In this document: piece after piece, positions 38,760-48,479 of the stretch
Numbering within the stretch: position 1 is the first letter of the stretch
Layout: each line of letters opens with the position of its first letter
NCBI GenBank assembly: GCA_965220845.1
Contig: CBDCRA010000005.1
Coordinates: forward strand, 294,290 to 358,289
From: Candidatus Multivorans sp.
Lineage (GTDB): Bacteria > Acidobacteriota > Thermoanaerobaculia > Multivoradales > Multivoraceae
Reading direction: 5' to 3'
DNA length: 64,000 nucleotides
The notes under the pieces: generated by a model
Database searches by the model: none
What the model was told of the DNA's origin: nothing
The model's input: the letters and a program-made list of their open reading frames with translations, nothing else
Translations under genes and position numbers: made by a program

Positions 38760-40889
38760 CTACGGGTCGGGCTGCTCGGTGATCAGGATGCTGCCGAGCG
38801 CGGCGGGATCGCCATCGAGCTCGGTGTCACCCGCCGGGAACTCATTCGTCTTCAGCATGAAGGTCAGGATGTCGAGATACGTCTCACGCGGCAGGCTGGC
38901 CGGGTTGTCGGTCGGCATGGTCGTCCGCATCGCCTCGTACAGTTCGTGCAGGGTCTTGTCGCCCCACAGGAACTGGAAGCTGACGCCGACCAGGCCCGGC
39001 GAGTTGCTGCCGCCGCCGAGATCGTCGCCGTGGCAGGTGGCGCAGGTCTCCCGGTATGCGACGGCGCCGCGCTCTGCCTGCTCGGCGGTGTAGACGCCGT
39101 CCCAGACCGTCGAAGTCGCCCCGACTGCCGCCGCCTCGCGGTCGGCCCCGGCGATCCGGGCGGCGGTCCCCGCGGCCGCCGGCAGGTCGGCCGGCAGCGC
39201 GAAGACGTGGATCGAGTTGCCGTTGCTCGGGCGCCGGATGTGAGGGATCAGGTCGCGCGGCACCATCCCGGCCCAACTGGCGCCGCCGGTTCCCACCGGG
39301 ATGGCGACGTACTGCCGGCCGCCGGCGAGGTAGGTCACCGGGAAGCCCTGGGCCGAGGTGGGCAGCCTCGTCTGCCAGAGGATCTGACCGGTGCGTGCGT
39401 CGTAGGCGTAGACGTAGCGGTCGTAGTCGCCCGCGAAGACGACTCCGCCTCCGGTCGCGAGCGCGGCGGTGTTGATCGGCGACAGCGTGCGGTGCCGCCA
39501 CATGATGTCGCCCTCCCGGACGTCGATGACCAGCAGTTCGCCGAGGTTCCCGCCCGAATAGGGGTGGAGCGTGTTGATCCGCTTGACCGGACCCGCGCCG
39601 CCGCCGCCGAGGACGCGCTCGACGGGGCCGAAGGTCGCCAGCTCGCAGTTCATCGTCATCGGGATGTAGAGGGCGCCGGTGTTTGGGTCGTACGACATGG
39701 CGCGCCAGCCCTTGAAGCCGGACGTGCTCGGGCACATGTTGATTTCGACCCCGATTTCCGGGATCAGTTCCGGCCGGTAGGTCACCTCGCCCGTCTCCCG
39801 GTCCACGTCGACGAGGTTCTGGTAGCCGACGTCGATCGCGTCCAGGAACTCGCCCGTCTCCCGATCGAGTTCCCAGAGGATGCCGAGCTTGCCCATCTTG
39901 TAGAGCTTCTTCCGGCCATCGACGTCGATGAGGAGCGACTCGAACACCTCGTCCATGTCGTGGGTCTCGCCGGGCAGGTACTGGTAGTACCAGAGCAGTT
40001 CGCCGGTGTCGGGATCGAGCGCCAGGCTCGAGTTCGTGTACAGCGCGTCGCCGTCCGTGCCGCGGACGGAGCGGGCCCAGGGCTTGGCCTGGGACGTGGC
40101 CCAGTAGACGATCTTCAGCTCCGGGTCGTAGCTGCCGGCGATCCAGGCGTCGCTGCCGGCGCGGAAGCGGAGCGGCAGGTCGCCCCAGGTGTCGCCGCCG
40201 GGCTCGCCAGGCCGCGCGATCGTCGATGTGCGCCAGATCTCTTCACCGGTGTCCGGATCGTGGCCGGTGATGAAGCAGACGTCGTCCTTGTAGCGGCCGC
40301 AGCCGGTGATGCCGGTGACCAGCTTGCCGTTGGCGACGATTGGGCCCGCGGTGTAGCGGTAACCGAGGCTCGTGTCCGCGGTCTGCGTCTCCCAGATCAG
40401 CTTCCCGCTCCTGGCGTCGAGCGCGAAGATCGTCGCCCGCGAACTGGCGCCGAAGATCCGGTCGCCGAAGATCGCGATGTTCTTCTGGACTCCGCGGCCG
40501 AAGGCGCCCGTTCCGTCACCCACCGGCTCCGGCCGGTACTCCCAGAGCAGGTCGCCGTTGGCGGCGTCGAGCGCCTGGACGACGTTGCCCGGATTCGGCA
40601 CGTACATGACCCCGTTGTGGATCAGAGGCGCGGCTTCCTGCGGGCCGGTGTCGTCCATCGCCCACGCCCAGACCAGTCGTAGCTGGCCGACGTTCGCGGG
40701 CGTGATCTGGTCGAGCGGGCTGTGGCCCCAGGCGTTCTGCGTTCCGCGCCAGTGCAGCCACTGGCCCGGTTCCGGGTCGTTCAGCATCTCCTGTGTGACC
40801 GGCACGAACTCGGTCTCCTGGGCGGAGAGGCCGGTGCCCAGGAACGAAACAGCGGCCAGCGAGCAGGCGAGGCGCGTCAACGACTTCAT
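38760..40889 (-). CDS. PQQ-dependent dehydrogenase with C-terminal cytochrome c (quinohemoprotein-like)
   Basis: SPLDQIT, repeated Trp-docking motifs, GRQYVA, Ala-rich linker and CATCH. Confidence 0.9.
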   Translation of the reverse strand: MKSLTRLACSLAAVSFLGTGLSAQETEFVPVTQEMLNDPEPGQWLHWRGTQNAWGHSPLDQITPANVGQLRLVWAWAMDDTGPQEAAPLIHNGVMYVPNPGNVVQALDAANGDLLWEYRPEPVGDGTGAFGRGVQKNIAIFGDRIFGASSRATIFALDARSGKLIWETQTADTSLGYRYTAGPIVANGKLVTGITGCGRYKDDVCFITGHDPDTGEEIWRTSTIARPGEPGGDTWGDLPLRFRAGSDAWIAGSYDPELKIVYWATSQAKPWARSVRGTDGDALYTNSSLALDPDTGELLWYYQYLPGETHDMDEVFESLLIDVDGRKKLYKMGKLGILWELDRETGEFLDAIDVGYQNLVDVDRETGEVTYRPELIPEIGVEINMCPSTSGFKGWRAMSYDPNTGALYIPMTMNCELATFGPVERVLGGGGAGPVKRINTLHPYSGGNLGELLVIDVREGDIMWRHRTLSPINTAALATGGGVVFAGDYDRYVYAYDARTGQILWQTRLPTSAQGFPVTYLAGGRQYVAIPVGTGGASWAGMVPRDLIPHIRRPSNGNSIHVFALPADLPAAAGTAARIAGADREAAAVGATSTVWDGVYTAEQAERGAVAYRETCATCHGDDLGGGSNSPGLVGVSFQFLWGDKTLHELYEAMRTTMPTDNPASLPRETYLDILTFMLKTNEFPAGDTELDGDPAALGSILITEQPDP

Positions 40890-40909
40890 GCGGAACGCGC
40901 GATGCTACT

Positions 40910-42205
40910 TCACCGCGTGAGACGGTGGTCGAGAACCATCTCCTCGGTGAGCCCGGTGCCGAAACCGGTTTCCGTGGGCGCCAGGAAGTCGCCGTCCTCG
41001 AACGGCGCCTGCATCGCGTCGAGGATCGCCGAACCGGTGGCGAAGCTCTCCGCCATCGTGCAGCTTGGAGCGGTCAGCGAGATCGGCAGTCCCCAGAGAC
41101 TCCCGCCGCGGTGGGGGATCAGTTCGAGGCCGGCCGCTTCGACCAGGTCGGCGATGCGCTTGGCGGCCGTGAGTCCGCCGCACCAGGTGATGTCCGGCTG
41201 GAGCACCTCGGCTGATCCGATCCGCACGAGCACCTCGAAGCCGTGCTCCGTGTACTCGTGCTCGCCGCAGGCCACCTTCGTCCAGCCGGGACCGCCGCCG
41301 CCGATCTTCTCGACCAGTTCGGCATAGCCGAAGACGTTGTCGGGCGACAGCAGCTCCTCCATGAAGTAGAGGTTCGCCGGACGCAGGCGCTCGGCAACGC
41401 CGACCGCCCAGTCGACGGTGCCGTTGCGCGAGACGCAGTCCGTCATCAGGTTGCCTTCCGGGCCCATCGTCTCGCGGGCGGCGAACACGTCGTCGATCCA
41501 GTGGTCGGTTTCGTCCTCGGAGCTGTGCGGGCCGATCGGCAGGATGCGCTTGAAGTGGCGAATGCCGAGGGCCTTGCCGGCCGCGATGTCGCCGCCGGTC
41601 TGGTAGACGGCGACGCGGTCGTCGGGCTGTCCGCCCAGCAGAGCATGGACCGACTCGCCGGCGTGCTTGCCCTTGATGTCCCAGAGCGCGGTGTCGACGG
41701 CGGAGAGCGCCATGGCGAAGATGCCGCGCCGGCCGTAGAGCACTGCCGAGCTGTACATCTGGTCCCAGAGCTGGTCGACGTTGAGCGGGTTCGTGCCGAC
41801 CAGGAGGTGCTTGAGATGGCCGTCGATGATCTCGACGGCGGCGCTGCCGCCGGCGCCCATGCCGAAACCGGTGATCCCGGCGTTCGTCTTGATGATCGCG
41901 ATGATCGCGGACGGCAGCTGCTCGAAGGGACCGCCGTAGCGCCAGCGGCGCGGATCGTCGTCGCCGGAGAACACCGGCGGATCGAGCAGGCCCTCGGAGC
42001 GCTGGTTGATGTAGACGGGGTAGGCGTCGACCGAGCGGATCGTGAGTCGGTCCGAATCGCCGTCTTCGGGCTGAGGCCCTGAGCAGGCGCCAGTTGCGGT
42101 GCCGGCGATTCCCGCCGATGCCGCGACGGCGGCCAGACCGGCGCTCCGGCTCAGGAAGTCACGTCGGCTCGATCGTCCACGCGCGGAGTGGTCGCGTTGT
42201 CTCAT
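40910..42205 (-). CDS. Tat-exported mandelate racemase/sugar-acid dehydratase family enzyme
   Basis: SRRDFL Tat motif, SAVDTALWDIKGK, D/E/E metal ligands (MTDC, FMEE, CGEHE), QPDITWCGG and IPH. Confidence 0.88.
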   Translation of the reverse strand: MRQRDHSARGRSSRRDFLSRSAGLAAVAASAGIAGTATGACSGPQPEDGDSDRLTIRSVDAYPVYINQRSEGLLDPPVFSGDDDPRRWRYGGPFEQLPSAIIAIIKTNAGITGFGMGAGGSAAVEIIDGHLKHLLVGTNPLNVDQLWDQMYSSAVLYGRRGIFAMALSAVDTALWDIKGKHAGESVHALLGGQPDDRVAVYQTGGDIAAGKALGIRHFKRILPIGPHSSEDETDHWIDDVFAARETMGPEGNLMTDCVSRNGTVDWAVGVAERLRPANLYFMEELLSPDNVFGYAELVEKIGGGGPGWTKVACGEHEYTEHGFEVLVRIGSAEVLQPDITWCGGLTAAKRIADLVEAAGLELIPHRGGSLWGLPISLTAPSCTMAESFATGSAILDAMQAPFEDGDFLAPTETGFGTGLTEEMVLDHRLTR

Positions 42206-42314
42206 GTTGCTCCGATGTGTGGGTGGCGATGGTCGATGATGTCACTTGCCGGTCGTCGTCGTGGGCTAGAGTCCGCGTCTTGTCGTTGGAACAGCGAGGA
42301 AACGGAGGCGCTGC

Positions 42315-44165
42315 ATGAAGAGCGCTAGCGCGGCGGAGTGCCCGGATGCCGGCGCTCCGCGCCGGAGGCCGGCGAGGGCGCCGGCGCACCCAGTCCGGAT
42401 GGTGGTTGCGACGCTTGTCCTGGGCTTCGCGTTCGGCGCCGCATTGGCGGCCCAGGACGCGGCATCGACGTTCGTGCCGGTCACGGACGAGATGCTGGAG
42501 AACCCGCCCGATTCGGAGTGGCTCATGTTCCGCCGCACGCACGACAGTTGGGGCTACAGCCCGCTGGACCAGATCGACCGGGAGAACGTGGGCAGCCTGA
42601 GCCTGGTCTGGGCTCGGGAGGTGGAGGTGGGGACGTCGGAGATCACCCCCCTGGCGTACAACGGCGTGCTCTACATCCCGTCGTTCGAGGACACGATCGA
42701 GGCGGTGGACTCGACGACCGGCGAGTTCATCTGGCGTTACACGCGGGAACAGCCCGAGGGTCTCTACGCGCAGGTCGGCTTCAACGCGAAGAACAACCGG
42801 AACATCGCGATCTACGACCGGCTGATCCTGAACAACAGCGACGACAACCACGCCTTCGCGCTGGACGCCGAGACGGGAGAGCTGGTCTGGGAGACGCGGA
42901 TCCTGGACTGGGAGGTCAACCCCGCCACCCACAGCTCGGGCCCGATCGTCGCGGATGGCCGCGTCGTCTCCGGACGCAGTTGCCGGCCCTGGGGCGGACC
43001 GGAGTCCTGCATCATGATCGCGCTCGACGCGCTGACCGGGGAGGAACTCTGGCGGACCCGGACGATGCCGGCGCCCGGCGAGCCCGGGGACGAAACCTGG
43101 GGCGACGTGCCGTTCGAGAAGCGCCACCACGTCGGTACCTGGATGGTTCCCAGCTACGACCCGGAACTCGAACTCATCTACTTCGGCACGGCTGTCACCT
43201 CGCCGGCGCCGAAGTTCATGCTCGGCGGCACCGATCTGACGCACCTCTACCACAACTCGACCCTGGCGCTCGAGGCGGAGAGCGGCGAGATTCGCTGGTA
43301 CTTCCAGCACCTGAACGACCACTGGGACCTCGACCATCCGTTCGAGCGGATCCTCGTCGACCTCCCCGTGTCACCCGATCCGGAGGCGGTGCGCTGGATC
43401 CGGGAGGGTCTCGAACCGGGCGAGACGCGCAAGGTGATGACCGGCATCCCGGGCAAGACCGGTTTCGTCTACACGCTGGACCGCGAAACCGGAGAGTTCC
43501 TCTGGGCGCGGCCGACCGTGCCGCAGAACGTGGTCGTCGACATCGACGAGACGACTGGCCGCGCCGTCGAGAACACGGAGATCATCTTCACCGAGCTGGA
43601 CCAGGAGATGCTGGTGTGCCCGACGTGGATCGGGGGCAAGGACTGGGAGGCCGGTTCGTACAGCCCGCTGACCCGGACGATGTACTACCCGCTGCGCAAC
43701 ATGTGCGCCCGGATGCTCGTGACCGCCGACACGAACAGCCCGCGGGCGCAGGCGTTCGAACAGCAGGTCGCGATCTACAACCTGGCCGCCGACCACATCA
43801 AGGCGCCCGGCGAGGAGTATCTCGGCACCGTGTACGCGATCTCCGCCGTGACGGGCGAGACGAAGTGGCTGTTCGAGACGGAAGGCTCGACGTACTCAGT
43901 CGTAGCCACGGGCGGCGGCCTGATTTTCGGCGGCGACGCGCTCGGACACTTCCGCGCCTTCGACCACGAGACCGGCGAGGTCTTGTGGGAGGTCAACGTC
44001 GGCGCCCCGGCTATGGGCTACCCGATCTCCTACGCCGTCGACGGCCGCCAGTACGTGGCCATCTCGACCGGGCCGGGGAGTCTCCGCCACACCCCCGAAG
44101 GCGCCGCCCGCGCCCGGGGCGGGAGTCTGTTCGTGTTCGCACTGCCGGAGGGCCGCCAGGACTGA
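42315..44165 (+). CDS. PQQ-dependent dehydrogenase (alcohol/sugar dehydrogenase-like)
   Basis: GGAGG SD, YSPLDQID, SYDPEL, DHWDLD and DGRQYVA. Confidence 0.9.
   Translation: MKSASAAECPDAGAPRRRPARAPAHPVRMVVATLVLGFAFGAALAAQDAASTFVPVTDEMLENPPDSEWLMFRRTHDSWGYSPLDQIDRENVGSLSLVWAREVEVGTSEITPLAYNGVLYIPSFEDTIEAVDSTTGEFIWRYTREQPEGLYAQVGFNAKNNRNIAIYDRLILNNSDDNHAFALDAETGELVWETRILDWEVNPATHSSGPIVADGRVVSGRSCRPWGGPESCIMIALDALTGEELWRTRTMPAPGEPGDETWGDVPFEKRHHVGTWMVPSYDPELELIYFGTAVTSPAPKFMLGGTDLTHLYHNSTLALEAESGEIRWYFQHLNDHWDLDHPFERILVDLPVSPDPEAVRWIREGLEPGETRKVMTGIPGKTGFVYTLDRETGEFLWARPTVPQNVVVDIDETTGRAVENTEIIFTELDQEMLVCPTWIGGKDWEAGSYSPLTRTMYYPLRNMCARMLVTADTNSPRAQAFEQQVAIYNLAADHIKAPGEEYLGTVYAISAVTGETKWLFETEGSTYSVVATGGGLIFGGDALGHFRAFDHETGEVLWEVNVGAPAMGYPISYAVDGRQYVAISTGPGSLRHTPEGAARARGGSLFVFALPEGRQD
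42349..42393 (-). repeat. REP-like double hairpin inside the PQQ gene 5' region
   Basis: Reverse complement matches 16376-16401 and 29349-29365. Confidence 0.8.
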
Positions 44166-44276
44166 ATCTTCCAACAAGGTTGTAGGGGCTGCTAGGATCC
44201 AGGAATCCGAATCAATCCCGGCGCGGCTGAGCGTGTCGCGTGACGGCCGGCGTCCGGTCCTTGACGGAGGTTCCTG

Positions 44277-45059
44277 GTGGCAGAGCGTCCCACCTACGCC
44301 TTCGGGCCGTTTCTTCTCGATGCCGCGGAGCGCCGGTTGCTCCGCCGCGGGCGGGTCGTGCCAGTGCGGCCGAAGATCTTCCAGACGCTGAAGGTGCTCG
44401 TCGAGAACCGCGACCGTCTGGTCCACAAGGACGAGTTGATGGCGATGGTGTGGCCCGATACCAACGTCGCCGACAGCAACCTCACGCACAACCTGTCCGT
44501 GCTACGGAAGATCCTGGGCCAGGATGGGGAGACGCAGTACGTCGTCACGGTTCCCGGCCGCGGCTACCGCTTCACGGCCCCGGTCAGGACGCCGGTCGGG
44601 GGATCGATCGCGGTGCGGCCCTTCGCCAACATGACGCCCGATCCGGAACAGGACTTCTTCTGTGAGGGGTTGGTGGAGGAGGTCGTCGAGGCGCTGGTAC
44701 GGGTCGATGGACTTCGGGTCTTGTCCCGGACCTCCTCGTTCGACCGAGGGCTGGCCCGCCTGAGCGCACCGCGGTTCGGCCGGAAGCTGGGCGTGGCGGC
44801 GATCCTCGAAGGCAGCGCACGAAGGTCGGGCGACCGGGTGCGGATCTCGGTCCAGCTCATCCGGGTCGCCGACGGCATTCATCTCTGGTCTCGCCACTAC
44901 GACCGGGTCCTCGGCACGATCTCCGAGATCCAGATTCAGGAGGATGTCGCCCGGGCGATCGCGCGTCGGGTGAAGGTCGAACTCCGGACTCCCAATGCTC
45001 GCCGGCCGAGGCGGCTCCCGGCGGACAACCAGGAAGTGTGGCGGGCGGAGTGGGGCTGA
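44277..45059 (+). CDS. OmpR/CadC-type winged-helix regulator with TolB_N-like domain, no TPR tail
   Basis: YAFGPF...KDELMAMVWP...LRKILG...YVVTVPGRGYRF; SIAVRPFANM, RTSSF and ILEGSARRSGDRVRI. Confidence 0.85.
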   Translation: MAERPTYAFGPFLLDAAERRLLRRGRVVPVRPKIFQTLKVLVENRDRLVHKDELMAMVWPDTNVADSNLTHNLSVLRKILGQDGETQYVVTVPGRGYRFTAPVRTPVGGSIAVRPFANMTPDPEQDFFCEGLVEEVVEALVRVDGLRVLSRTSSFDRGLARLSAPRFGRKLGVAAILEGSARRSGDRVRISVQLIRVADGIHLWSRHYDRVLGTISEIQIQEDVARAIARRVKVELRTPNARRPRRLPADNQEVWRAEWG

Positions 45060-45160
45060 TCCCCTAGCCGGTCCTCGTCGTCGGAGTCCCCGTCCTGTCC
45101 AGGAGACAGCGGGGAGGCCGAGGCGCTGCGGTGGAGGGTGCGCGCCCTCTCCCGAGGAGC

Positions 45161-45204
45161 TTGTTGACAATGTCAACAAAGCTGTGTATGTTGACGCAGT
45201 CAAC
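45161..45204 (+). promoter_or_regulatory. Sigma70 promoter overlapped by two GTTGAC-N3-GTCAAC operators
   Basis: TTGACA(45164)-N17-TATGTT(45187); palindromes at 45161-45179 and 45190-45204. Confidence 0.85.
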
Positions 45205-45228
45205 TTCTGGTTGGAGGGACAGAGAGCC

Positions 45229-46830
45229 ATGAGAAAGCGATCGACGCGGGGCCGAGCCAGGCACCATCGGCGAGGCCGATTCGCCATACTCACGCTCAGG
45301 GTGTGCCTGTACGGATGCGTCGGACCTGCCGCCACGCTTCCCGGCGCCCAGCTGGCGGAGCGGTTCGCCTTCGAGCGGTACGACGTGGTCACCGGCGCCC
45401 GCGAGCGCCAGACCGTCCTGACGGGCTTTCTCTTGGGAAGCTCGATGGCGGACCTCGCGGTCGTGGACAGCGACAAGAACGATGACCGGCGCCTGCGGAT
45501 CCTCACGTTCAGGGGCGGTGAATGGGTGCCGGAAGTCGAAACCGCGCTACGGCCCGGAACTTCCTTCGTTGACGTGGCCGCCATCGACGGCCGGGACCGG
45601 CTCGTGATCTACGGCGCCGGCCGGCTGACCTGGTTCGATCCCGAGTCGGAGACGGAGCGGGAACTCGCTGCGGTGGAGTCCGACTTCAGATCGCCGCGGA
45701 GGGGTGAGGTTGTCCATGTGGACATCACGCGTGACCTGAACGGCGACGACCGCGACGAGCTGGTCGTGCCGCAAGACCACGCCTTCCATGTGCTCGTCCA
45801 GAGGAGCGGCGGGACGTTTGCCGAACCGGTGACCATCGGCCCCTCGAGCGGGCCGGACCGGGTCTACCGCGGCGATGGCTCCAGGTACCGTCCCTGGGAC
45901 GAGGGCGGCCGCGTCCACGAGATGGACTACGACCTGGACGGACGCGGCGACCTGGTGTTCTGGAACCAGGACCACTTCGAGGTGCATCTGCAGGACCAGC
46001 GGGGTCTGTTCGCCGCCGAGGCCAGCACGACCTTCACGACCGAGGTTGCGTTCGACTCGGACGATCCCGCGTCGCTTGCCGCTCCGCAGGAGGTTCGCCA
46101 CCGGCGTATTGACGACACCCTGACCGGAGCCCCGGCCGGGAGGGTGCTGCATTCACTGACCGACCTGACCGGCGACGGCGTCGGCGACCTCGTGATCTTC
46201 TCGCTGGACATCAGGAGCATGTGGAGCGTGCGCTTCATGTACGAGGTCCATCCGGGCGCGCCCACAGCCGAGGGCGGCACCACGTTCGCGCCCGCTGCCG
46301 CTGCCTCGATTCGCTCGGACGGCCTCCCGTACGAGATCGGGCGGTACGACTTCGACAACGACGGTCAGGTCGACGTGCTGTACAGAACGATGAGGTTCGG
46401 CGCCTTCAGGACGGTCCGCATGATCGGCGCCGGGATCCTGACTCGTTCCGTGCCGATGCGTCTCGACTTCTACCGCATGGAAGGTGGCATCTACTCCGGC
46501 AGACCGAGTGCCGTCCGCAAGTTCAGAGGCCGCGCTCCCGGCGTTTCAGGAGAAAAAGGCATCTTCCATCCCTCGGTTCTGGTCGGGGATGTGAACGGCG
46601 ACAGCCGCCTGGATCTGCTCGTGCAGAAGGGCCGGAAGGGTCTGAACGTCTTTCTTGGCGTGCCGGGGCCCCAGCTGTTCGCCGGAAAGCCTGAGGAAGT
46701 CGCGATCGCCATGCCGAACGAGGAGTACACCTGGCTGGTGGACCTCAACAGGGACGGCAAGCAGGATGTTCTGATGCACCACGCGTTCACTGACGAGCCG
46801 CATCGGGTCACGGTGCTGGTCGCCCGATGA
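45229..46830 (+). CDS. Secreted FG-GAP/VCBS-repeat protein, paralog 1
   Basis: Repeated Ca-binding DxxxDGxxD motifs (DLNGDDRDEL, DYDLDGRGDL, DFDNDGQVDV, DVNGDSRLDL, DLNRDGKQDV). Confidence 0.88.
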   Translation: MRKRSTRGRARHHRRGRFAILTLRVCLYGCVGPAATLPGAQLAERFAFERYDVVTGARERQTVLTGFLLGSSMADLAVVDSDKNDDRRLRILTFRGGEWVPEVETALRPGTSFVDVAAIDGRDRLVIYGAGRLTWFDPESETERELAAVESDFRSPRRGEVVHVDITRDLNGDDRDELVVPQDHAFHVLVQRSGGTFAEPVTIGPSSGPDRVYRGDGSRYRPWDEGGRVHEMDYDLDGRGDLVFWNQDHFEVHLQDQRGLFAAEASTTFTTEVAFDSDDPASLAAPQEVRHRRIDDTLTGAPAGRVLHSLTDLTGDGVGDLVIFSLDIRSMWSVRFMYEVHPGAPTAEGGTTFAPAAAASIRSDGLPYEIGRYDFDNDGQVDVLYRTMRFGAFRTVRMIGAGILTRSVPMRLDFYRMEGGIYSGRPSAVRKFRGRAPGVSGEKGIFHPSVLVGDVNGDSRLDLLVQKGRKGLNVFLGVPGPQLFAGKPEEVAIAMPNEEYTWLVDLNRDGKQDVLMHHAFTDEPHRVTVLVAR

Positions 46831-48464
46831 ACGAAGTCGGCACTTCGGCCTCCGGCCGCGCGATGCAGTATCGACGGAGCTCGGCCTCCATCCTGCTTCT
46901 TGGAGTGCTCGTGTCGGGGGGCAGCGAGCCTGTCCTCGCGCAGTCGACTTCCGGGCCAGCCGCGGAGTTCGCTTTCACGCGGTACGAGGTCGTCACCGGC
47001 TCCGCGAAACGTCAGACCGTTCTGACGGGGTTCCTTCTCGGGGGCCCAAGCGCGGAGCTTGCAGTCGTGGACATCGACGACCGTGGCGAACGCCGCCTGC
47101 GTATCTACGAGTTCGGAGACAGCGCCTGGGCGCCGCGAGCCGACCCGACACTCGGTCGCGACGTGCGATTCGTTGACGTGGCCAGCATCGGCGGACGTGA
47201 CCGGCTGGTCACCTACGATCCCGGTCGCCTGAACTGGTTCGATCCTGAATCGGCGACAGAACGCCCGCTGGTCGCGGTCAACGCCAGTTTCAACCCGCCT
47301 CGCGGCGGTGAGATCCCCCATGTCGACGTCAGTCGGGACGTGAACGGCGACGGCCGCGACGACCTGGTCGTGCCGGGCGTCGATGGCTTCCGGGTGTTCA
47401 TCCAGACGAGCGCCGGCGAGTTCGCGGATGCGGTGGAAATTGGCCGGTCCGCTGACTTGAGCAGGATCTACGGGGCCGATGGCTACCGGTACAACCCCTG
47501 GGATGAAAGCCGTGTCCACGAGATGGACTACGACCTGGACGGACGCCGCGACCTGGTGTTCTGGAACGAGGACCACTTCAAGGTTCACCTCCAGGATGAA
47601 GACGGGTTGTTCTCCCAGACCGAGACCTTCCCGACCGATGTCACATTCGCCTCTGACGAACTCTCCTCGCTCGCCACCGGAGACATGACGGGGAGAGTGC
47701 TTCACTCGATAGCCGACCTGAACGGCGACGGCGTCGGGGACCTCGTGGTTTTCTCGCTGGAAGGGGCGAGCATCTCGCGCAAGCGTTCAACCTACGAGGT
47801 GCATCTCGGCGCGCCGGCACCCGACCGCGGAACCCGGTTCGCGCCGGGCGTCGACTTCGCCTTCCAGTCGGACGGCAGGATTCAGCTCGGGATGAACCGG
47901 CGCGACTTCGATGGCGACGGCGACCTCGATCTGATGTTCACGACGATCGAGGTCGCGTACCTCGAGAGCAGTCTCTGGAAGAGGCTCAAGGGGTTCATGG
48001 GCGATGACATCTGGCTGGATCTCGAGTTCTATCCCATGAAGGAGGGCCTCCATTCCGACGAACCCAGCGCCACCCGCAGAATGCAACTGGATGGCCACCC
48101 CAGTGTCAGGGAGTTCGGGTGGGTGCCGCTGGACATCGTGCTTCGAGGGGCCATGCACCAGGAACGGAAGAGGCAGAAGCGTCACTTGCGCGCGTTCAAC
48201 ACAACCTTGCTGATCGGGGATGTGACCGGCGACGGCCGCTCGGACCTGTTGATAGAGGAAACCCATCGGCAACTGCTCGTCTTCGCCGGTGTGCCGGGAC
48301 CGGAGCTCTTCGCCCGGCAGCCTCAGAGGGTTGCGGTCGCTATCCCCAACGACGAGGAGTACACCTGGCTCGTGGACCTCAACAAGGACGGCAGGCAGGA
48401 CCTCCTGCTGCATCACCCGTCCACGACGGAACCTCATCGGGTGACGATGCTGATCGTCCGGTGA
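46827..48464 (+). CDS. Secreted FG-GAP/VCBS-repeat protein, paralog 2
   Basis: Colinear with paralog 1 and shares its motifs; ATGA overlap with the paralog 1 stop. Confidence 0.88.
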   Translation: MNEVGTSASGRAMQYRRSSASILLLGVLVSGGSEPVLAQSTSGPAAEFAFTRYEVVTGSAKRQTVLTGFLLGGPSAELAVVDIDDRGERRLRIYEFGDSAWAPRADPTLGRDVRFVDVASIGGRDRLVTYDPGRLNWFDPESATERPLVAVNASFNPPRGGEIPHVDVSRDVNGDGRDDLVVPGVDGFRVFIQTSAGEFADAVEIGRSADLSRIYGADGYRYNPWDESRVHEMDYDLDGRRDLVFWNEDHFKVHLQDEDGLFSQTETFPTDVTFASDELSSLATGDMTGRVLHSIADLNGDGVGDLVVFSLEGASISRKRSTYEVHLGAPAPDRGTRFAPGVDFAFQSDGRIQLGMNRRDFDGDGDLDLMFTTIEVAYLESSLWKRLKGFMGDDIWLDLEFYPMKEGLHSDEPSATRRMQLDGHPSVREFGWVPLDIVLRGAMHQERKRQKRHLRAFNTTLLIGDVTGDGRSDLLIEETHRQLLVFAGVPGPELFARQPQRVAVAIPNDEEYTWLVDLNKDGRQDLLLHHPSTTEPHRVTMLIVR

Positions 48465-48479
48465 ACCGGCCGGAGGTCT

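Noticed and set aside
772-42393. Palindromic repeats as a CRISPR array
   Set aside because: The units are dispersed, have no regular spacers and vary in their stems; no cas genes are present.
44172-44185. CAACA-AGGT-TGTAG, one mismatch from the candidate UAS
   Set aside because: No sigma54 motif was seen nearby, so it may be chance.
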